DNA from: Fidelibacterota bacterium
GTDB lineage: Bacteria > Fidelibacterota > Marinisomatia > Marinisomatales > JABMOV01
NCBI GenBank assembly: GCA_046861395.1
Contig: JBHHUC010000023.1
Span: 1 to 33,158 of the forward strand
Direction of reading: 5' to 3'
DNA: 33,158 nucleotides
The notes under the pieces were generated by a model. The model did no database searches, was not told the DNA's origin, and worked only from the letters and a program-made list of their open reading frames with translations. Below are positions 27,308 to 33,158 of this stretch, one piece after another. Position 1 is the first letter of the stretch, and each line of letters opens with the position of its first letter. The position numbers were made by a program, and so were the translations under genes.

Positions 27308-28211
27308 CCCTACAATTGGCATTGCTCTGGGTGGGGGAGGAGCGCGCGGAGCAGCCCACATCGGTGTTTTTCAAGCTCTGCATACCGGCGGTCTGGTTCC
27401 AGACCTGATTGCTGGGACCAGTGCCGGCGCTGTCATCGGTGGCATGTATGCCGCTACCCGTGATCCGTTTTGGATTGAAATGCGTTTCCGGGAATTGCTG
27501 GAGGATGACGTATTCAAACATTTGGGACTGGACCGGATGCTTGCCGACCGGAATCCCAATTCCGTTTTTGGTCAGGTGGCAAAGTATATCCAAAATCAAA
27601 TGGTTATTGTAACAGCCATGAACAAGGTGGCAATCTTGAAAAAGGAAAAACTGGAAGCGGTAATCAGGTTTCTGCTACCTGTAGAAACGTTTGAAGAACT
27701 GGATATCCCCCTAATAGTTATTGCCACGGATTTTAACTGCGGTGAACCGATAACATACACCGAAGGGGATCTGATTTCTGCCATCGTTCAAAGCTCTTCC
27801 ATCCCGGGCTTTGTCTCTCCCACGACGATTGATTCACAATTACTGCTAGACGGGGGAACTTCTACTCCCATTCCTGTTATAGCCTGTAAAGAACGGGTAA
27901 ATTTCACTGTCGCAATTGATATTTCTCGCGGGAAGCCAAGACCACTGAAGAAAATCAATATGCTGGAAATCATGACCCGGTCAGAGAGGATCACATCGCA
28001 GAAACTATGTGACACCCTAACCAAGGAAGCAGATTTTGTCATTCGTCCCGAAGTAAAAGGTTTACACTGGTCTCAGTTTGAGCGATTTGATGAATTGGTC
28101 ACAGCCGGAAAGGTAAAAGGGGAATCGAACCTGGATGAGCTATTCGCTGCAATTGCGGAGCGCAAATCTTGGAAATACAAAATAAAAAAATGGATGGGTA
28201 ATCTTGTCTAA
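27300..28211 (+). CDS. Patatin-like phospholipase (RssA/NTE family)
   Basis: LGGGGARGAAHIG, GTSAG and DGG motifs. The TTG at 27300, overlapping the upstream stop, is the likely start. Confidence 0.92.
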   Translation: MNNPTIGIALGGGGARGAAHIGVFQALHTGGLVPDLIAGTSAGAVIGGMYAATRDPFWIEMRFRELLEDDVFKHLGLDRMLADRNPNSVFGQVAKYIQNQMVIVTAMNKVAILKKEKLEAVIRFLLPVETFEELDIPLIVIATDFNCGEPITYTEGDLISAIVQSSSIPGFVSPTTIDSQLLLDGGTSTPIPVIACKERVNFTVAIDISRGKPRPLKKINMLEIMTRSERITSQKLCDTLTKEADFVIRPEVKGLHWSQFERFDELVTAGKVKGESNLDELFAAIAERKSWKYKIKKWMGNLV

Positions 28212-28254
28212 TACTGTTACTTTCCACGCCTTAAAGCGTCCAAGCAAAACGTAA

Positions 28255-30114
28255 ATGAAGAAATATAGTATAGCATTGAACTTCCTGTTACCCCTACTGC
28301 TTTGGGGGCAGCTGGAAAACCCCATTAAAATTACAGCTTCCATTGATCATATTCCCCGGGGCGGTGAAATGGTCAGGTTCACTGTTGTGGCTGCTATGGA
28401 AGAAGAATGGCATATCTATTCCGTCCATGAAGTGGCGGACGGTCCCTTACCCACGGAAATTGCGGTAACTGGGGATGCCATCGATCAGGTAGGACGAGTC
28501 GTTGAGCCCGAACCGATCCGGAAATTCGACGAAGGATTCAACACTAAAACCAGTTTCCATGCCGGGACGACGGAATTCATGGTTCCGGTTCTATTAAAAC
28601 AGGGATTGCCACCCGGTGAAATAACATTCAATATCCGGTTCTTTTATCAGGTCTGTAATGCTTCACTATGCTATCCACCCAAGGAAATTATTCTACCGGT
28701 GAAAACCATCATTGAGCCTGGACAGGTTCGAGAGGAATACAGTGATTTTACGGCTATTCCGGCCGGACTTTCCGGGGATGAATTGCTTGATTCCACGATA
28801 CAGGCCGGCATCATTCCTTTCATCCTGTTATCTCTTACGATGGGATTTCTGGCCCTACTTACACCCTGTGTGTTTCCCATGATTCCCATTACAGTATCCT
28901 TTTTCACTCATCAGGGTGAAAAAAGCAAAAGCTCACCTGTCAGGCAGGCCAGTATCTATGCCCTGGGAATTATCATGACTTTCAGTGTTCTGGGAATTAT
29001 TCTGGCTATCTTTCTCGGCGCATCGGGAGCCAATCAGTTGGCTGCCAACCCATGGGTGAATCTTTTTCTGGGAAGTCTCTTTGTATACTTTGCTCTCTCA
29101 TTATTCGGGATGTATGAAATACAATTACCGGAAGGTCTGCGCCAGTTTACCTTAAAACGCGAATCCAAAGCTGGCTATGCCGGTATCTTATTCATGGCCT
29201 TTACTTTTACGCTGACTTCCTTTACCTGCACTGTTCAGTTTGTCGGTTTATTGTTGGTGGCCGCCGCAAAGGGAATGTGGTTCTGGCCGGCCCTGGGTAT
29301 GGTGGTTTTCAGTGCCGCTTTTGCCTTGCCATTTTTCTTTTTGGCGCTCTTTCCTCAGTACCTGGCCCGTATGCCCAAATCGGGAGGATGGCTTAATGCC
29401 GTAAAAGTTGTGATGGGATTTCTGGAATTAGCCGCGGCCTTCAAATTTTATAGTAACACAGATCTCGTTTGGTCCTGGAATATCTTTACGAATACTTCCG
29501 TTTTGGCTCTTTGGACTGTTATCATGTTTTTTACTGGAATATATTTATTGGGAAAACTGCGTTTGCCTCATGATTCTCCGGTAGAAACCGTTAGTGTGCC
29601 GCGAATGTTGTTGAGTTTGTTTTTCCTGACGTTCAGTTTATATCTGGGTTCGGGACTAATGGGACGGCCGATTCATGGTCTGATCTATTCATACCTGCCG
29701 CCGAAAATTGCAAAATCGGGAGAAGTCGTATCGGTCAATGACAGCGTGGCAGAAGATTTGCAATGGATGACATCCCTGGACGAAGGTTTTGCAATAGCGA
29801 GGGCAACGGGAAAACCAATTTTCGTCGATTTTACCGGCTATACGTGTACCAATTGCCGCTGGATGGAATCCAATATGTTCACAGATCAACGAGTAAAAAA
29901 TTTATTCCAGCACTATGTTCTAGTTCAGTTATATACTGATGGGGGTGAAGGGTATCAGGAAAATCAGAAATATGAAATTGACCGGTTTGGTACGGCGGCG
30001 TTACCCTATTATGTCCTGTTGAGTCCGGAGGATGAAGTTTTAGGCGAATTTCCCGGAATGACACGCGATTTTAATCAATTTATCACATTCTTAAAGAAAG
30101 GTCTGGAAGGATAA
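28255..30114 (+). CDS. dsbD: Thiol:disulfide interchange protein DsbD (three-domain)
   Basis: N-terminal domain with QVCNASLCYPP, TM domain with LTPCVFPMIP and FTCT, PKSGGWL, and a C-terminal thioredoxin domain with DFTGYTCTNCRWME. Confidence 0.92.
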   Translation: MKKYSIALNFLLPLLLWGQLENPIKITASIDHIPRGGEMVRFTVVAAMEEEWHIYSVHEVADGPLPTEIAVTGDAIDQVGRVVEPEPIRKFDEGFNTKTSFHAGTTEFMVPVLLKQGLPPGEITFNIRFFYQVCNASLCYPPKEIILPVKTIIEPGQVREEYSDFTAIPAGLSGDELLDSTIQAGIIPFILLSLTMGFLALLTPCVFPMIPITVSFFTHQGEKSKSSPVRQASIYALGIIMTFSVLGIILAIFLGASGANQLAANPWVNLFLGSLFVYFALSLFGMYEIQLPEGLRQFTLKRESKAGYAGILFMAFTFTLTSFTCTVQFVGLLLVAAAKGMWFWPALGMVVFSAAFALPFFFLALFPQYLARMPKSGGWLNAVKVVMGFLELAAAFKFYSNTDLVWSWNIFTNTSVLALWTVIMFFTGIYLLGKLRLPHDSPVETVSVPRMLLSLFFLTFSLYLGSGLMGRPIHGLIYSYLPPKIAKSGEVVSVNDSVAEDLQWMTSLDEGFAIARATGKPIFVDFTGYTCTNCRWMESNMFTDQRVKNLFQHYVLVQLYTDGGEGYQENQKYEIDRFGTAALPYYVLLSPEDEVLGEFPGMTRDFNQFITFLKKGLEG

Positions 30115-30118
30115 ACAA

Positions 30119-30691
30119 ATGAAGAAAATCCAGTACTTAACTATACTCTTATTATTTATCGCTCTGATGGGCTGTGAGGCGCAGGGAAATACACCGGCCG
30201 GAAAATCACAATCCACACAACAGGCTAAGGAAATGCAACAGAAGACCGGGAAGATCATGGCCCCGGATTTCACCCTGGCCGATGTCAACGGGGAATGGGT
30301 TTCTCTTTCCGACTTCAAGGGAAAGGTCGTTCTATTGAATTTCTGGGGAACCTGGTGTGCGCCTTGTCGTCGGGAAATTCCTGATTTTATTAAATTATAT
30401 GATAAATACAATGGTGACGGTCTTGAAATAGTCGGGATTACACTTTCGTCAGGGTCGGCGGAAGATATTGCCCGCTTCATGGCGGATTGGAACATGAACT
30501 ACACAATTCTGACCGATATCAAGGGGAATGAAACACAGATTGTTACACAGAATTACGGTCAGGCCACCGGTCGTCCCATCAATGGTATTCCCACCACATT
30601 TATCATTAATCGACAGGGTGAAATCGTTAAAGCCTATGTTGGCCCCCGTACCGAGGAAATCTTTTACAATGATTTAAAACCCTATCTATAA
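30119..30691 (+). CDS. TlpA/ResA-family disulfide reductase lipoprotein
   Basis: APDFTL, LLNFWGTWCAPCRREIP and GIPTTFII motifs; lipobox-like LMGC. Confidence 0.92.
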   Translation: MKKIQYLTILLLFIALMGCEAQGNTPAGKSQSTQQAKEMQQKTGKIMAPDFTLADVNGEWVSLSDFKGKVVLLNFWGTWCAPCRREIPDFIKLYDKYNGDGLEIVGITLSSGSAEDIARFMADWNMNYTILTDIKGNETQIVTQNYGQATGRPINGIPTTFIINRQGEIVKAYVGPRTEEIFYNDLKPYL

Positions 30692-30788
30692 AGGCTTATT
30701 TCGGAGAGGATTGCTCATTGCCGTCCCTCCCTCGATCTTTATAACTTTCTTCCTAATTCATGCGAATGAAATGGGGAAAGGTGGACGT

Positions 30789-33158
30789 ATGAGCAATACC
30801 GGAAAGTTCATTAAGCGAAGAATCTTTTTCTTCGCTTTTTTTATGGGCCTGTTTGGTCAGGGGTACTGGCAACAGTCTCTTCATTACAAAATGGCAATTA
30901 CATTGGATCCTGATGCCGCCCGGGTCGACGGTCATGAAGAAATTGTGTACGCCAACAATAGTCCCGACACACTGCGGGAAATATACCTGAATCTCTATCC
31001 CCGGGCCTTTCGCAAGGGTTCGGTTAAAGACCAGGAGTTCAAACGTCAGTTAGGGGCATTGGGGCGGACTCGGACTTTTTTGGAGGGGAAAGAAGATGTT
31101 TATCATGATTATGAGCTGATACACGTAGAAGTCCGGCAGGGTGACATTTCGGGAAATACCTATAAAATAGATGATACGATTCTTTCCATTTCATTGCCGC
31201 GACCCTTGGCTCCTCTCGATACCGTGGTCCTGGTAATTGACTGGACGCATATTAATGGTGAAATGTTCGAACGGGCCGGAAAAATCGGTGATCATTTCAA
31301 TATGGCTCAATGGTACCCCAAACCGATGGTGTATGATGAACAGGGTTGGAATATCAATCCTTTTCATGCGGAAGGGGAGTTCTACGGTGAATTTGCCACT
31401 TTCGATGTTTCCTTCGATATTCCGGAAGATTATGTGCTTGCAGCAACTGGAATCGTCACCGAAGGGGATCCCGGCTGGCAGACGGTCACGTTTGATACAT
31501 CTCAGGTGTTCAGTGAATGGGTAGCCCGGTATGATTCCCTTAAAGCGGCTCAGGATTCCGACAAAAGAAGAACCGTGACTTTCCATGCCGAAAATGTCCA
31601 TGATTTTGCCTGGGTGGCAGCCAGGGATTTTATCTATGAACATGGCACGGTTGACGGGATTGATGTTCATGTGTTCTATTCCCAAAAAAATGGGACCAAA
31701 TGGAATACGGTCGTGCTGGAACGAGCGGTCCGGGCCATGGAATGGCTGAATTCACGGTTCGGTTCCTATCCCTATCCCCAAGTCTCGGTTACGGACCGTT
31801 TACGTGGCGGCGGCATGGAGTACCCCATGCTGGTCATGAATGGCAGTGATAGGGAAGGCTTGATTGTTCACGAAATCGGACATATCTGGTTTTACGGGAT
31901 TCTAGCCAATAATGAAATTGATGAAGCCTGGCTGGACGAAGGATTTACGTCATTTCAGACCCGGTGGTTTAATGCCTATCATTATCCGCCCTACGGCTAT
32001 GATATAAGTCAGTACAAACTTTCACCTTTTGCCCGGAAGTACCGCCGCCAGGTTTCCGATCTGCATCGCTCACAGTGGAATGCCATCCGTTTTCAGCTCA
32101 GTGGCTTGGATGAACCGGTAAGTCGCTCATCATATTTATATGATAACGGACAGGCCTATCGCGCCAATGTTTATACCAAGGCATCCTTAATGCTGCATGA
32201 ATTACAATATGTGCTGGGCGAATCATTGTTTTCCGCTGCCATGCAACATTACTTTGATACGTGGCAATTAAAACATGTGAACGAAAACAGGTTTATCAAG
32301 GCTCTTGAAGAAACAACACAGCAGGAGTTGGAATGGTTTTTCAATCCCTGGCTGCATGATACGCAAGTTCTTGATTACGCATTGGATTCCTGGCATACAC
32401 GGCAGACCGCGAAAGGCTGGGAAACATTCGTAACGGTTGCACGGAAAGGACAAAGATCCTTGCCGGTAACGGTTCAGGTTCGGTACGGCGAAGGCCTGAC
32501 TCTGAGTCAGAGAATCCCCGACTTCAAATGGAATTATTCGCATAATCTGGTGTTTCAAACACCGGATAAACCGCAGAGAATTGTCATAGATCCAGACAGT
32601 CGCAGCATGGATATCGATTTTCGCAATAATTACAATTCCGCCATGCCCCGGGAATGGATTCTGGACTGGGCGAATCGGAATTATACACCCCGGACGCATT
32701 ACGTGATGAAATGGTTTCCCCGGCTGGATTATCATCCGGTGGACGGATTACTGCCCGGAATATCTCTGGAACAATCCTATGCTTTCTGGGAAAAAACAAA
32801 AGTGGCATTGCAGTTTGGCACAGAATCATCCCGGATCTATGGTTTCCTGGATATGCAGCGTGAATTCAAATGGAGTCAACCCGGCACGAATTATTATTTG
32901 AATGCCCTTCGTTATAATGGATTTGCCATGGCCCAAATCCGGGTGAGTCACAGGTTTCCGAGAAGTTACTATCTTCCACAAGTCACTTTTGGAGGAGGAG
33001 TGGCCATGTCAGAGGGTTCTGATAATGTGGCCGCACCGTTGATTGATGAAGGCCGGGTGGTAAAGACATTTCTCTATTACCAATTCTCTTCCCGTTCGTT
33101 GACCTGGTTTACCCGCTTTGAAACCGCCGCAACGGATTGGTCGGACTGGTCATTTAAT
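30789..33158 (+). CDS. Secreted M1-family zinc metallopeptidase, truncated by the right window edge (missing from the ORF track)
   Basis: Translated by hand: signal peptide, YWQQ, YANNSPDTL, GGMEYPM and HEIGHIWFYGILANNEIDEAWLDEG (HExxH-x18-E, His codon at 31869). The motifs and the last codons of the window share one frame. Confidence 0.92.
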   Translation, partial: MSNTGKFIKRRIFFFAFFMGLFGQGYWQQSLHYKMAITLDPDAARVDGHEEIVYANNSPDTLREIYLNLYPRAFRKGSVKDQEFKRQLGALGRTRTFLEGKEDVYHDYELIHVEVRQGDISGNTYKIDDTILSISLPRPLAPLDTVVLVIDWTHINGEMFERAGKIGDHFNMAQWYPKPMVYDEQGWNINPFHAEGEFYGEFATFDVSFDIPEDYVLAATGIVTEGDPGWQTVTFDTSQVFSEWVARYDSLKAAQDSDKRRTVTFHAENVHDFAWVAARDFIYEHGTVDGIDVHVFYSQKNGTKWNTVVLERAVRAMEWLNSRFGSYPYPQVSVTDRLRGGGMEYPMLVMNGSDREGLIVHEIGHIWFYGILANNEIDEAWLDEGFTSFQTRWFNAYHYPPYGYDISQYKLSPFARKYRRQVSDLHRSQWNAIRFQLSGLDEPVSRSSYLYDNGQAYRANVYTKASLMLHELQYVLGESLFSAAMQHYFDTWQLKHVNENRFIKALEETTQQELEWFFNPWLHDTQVLDYALDSWHTRQTAKGWETFVTVARKGQRSLPVTVQVRYGEGLTLSQRIPDFKWNYSHNLVFQTPDKPQRIVIDPDSRSMDIDFRNNYNSAMPREWILDWANRNYTPRTHYVMKWFPRLDYHPVDGLLPGISLEQSYAFWEKTKVALQFGTESSRIYGFLDMQREFKWSQPGTNYYLNALRYNGFAMAQIRVSHRFPRSYYLPQVTFGGGVAMSEGSDNVAAPLIDEGRVVKTFLYYQFSSRSLTWFTRFETAATDWSDWSFN

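Noticed and set aside
30753..32863. Short ORFs listed in the track over the last 2.4 kb
   Set aside because: All overlap the M1 peptidase frame starting at 30789, which the track probably missed because it has no stop inside the window.

Overview
A bacterial chromosomal window with no mobile elements or CRISPR arrays. Gene order and protein types suggest a Gram-negative FCB-group organism, possibly Marinimicrobia-like; this is inference only. Bases 1-7844 are a housekeeping run: yajC, def, fmt, rsmB, a PASTA protein, a polyprenol kinase-like protein, a BatA/vWA protein and hflX. A probable 6S RNA lies on the minus strand at about 7829-7997, followed by amino-acid/peptide uptake genes. The standout feature is a tightly coupled six-gene operon at 15113-24118, preceded by an FNR/Crp-like box. 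It encodes a predicted di-heme-b inner-membrane protein, a membrane-anchored ferredoxin-NAD(P)H flavo-oxidoreductase that looks circularly permuted, three secreted multiheme c-type cytochromes (20, 31+4 and 8+2 heme-binding motifs) and an outer-membrane beta-barrel. Together these resemble a complete cytoplasm-to-cell-surface electron conduit. Downstream are a small minus-strand GNAT operon, then pyrF, pyrE, a cyclophilin, a patatin, dsbD, a TlpA-like reductase and an M1 metallopeptidase that runs off the right edge.
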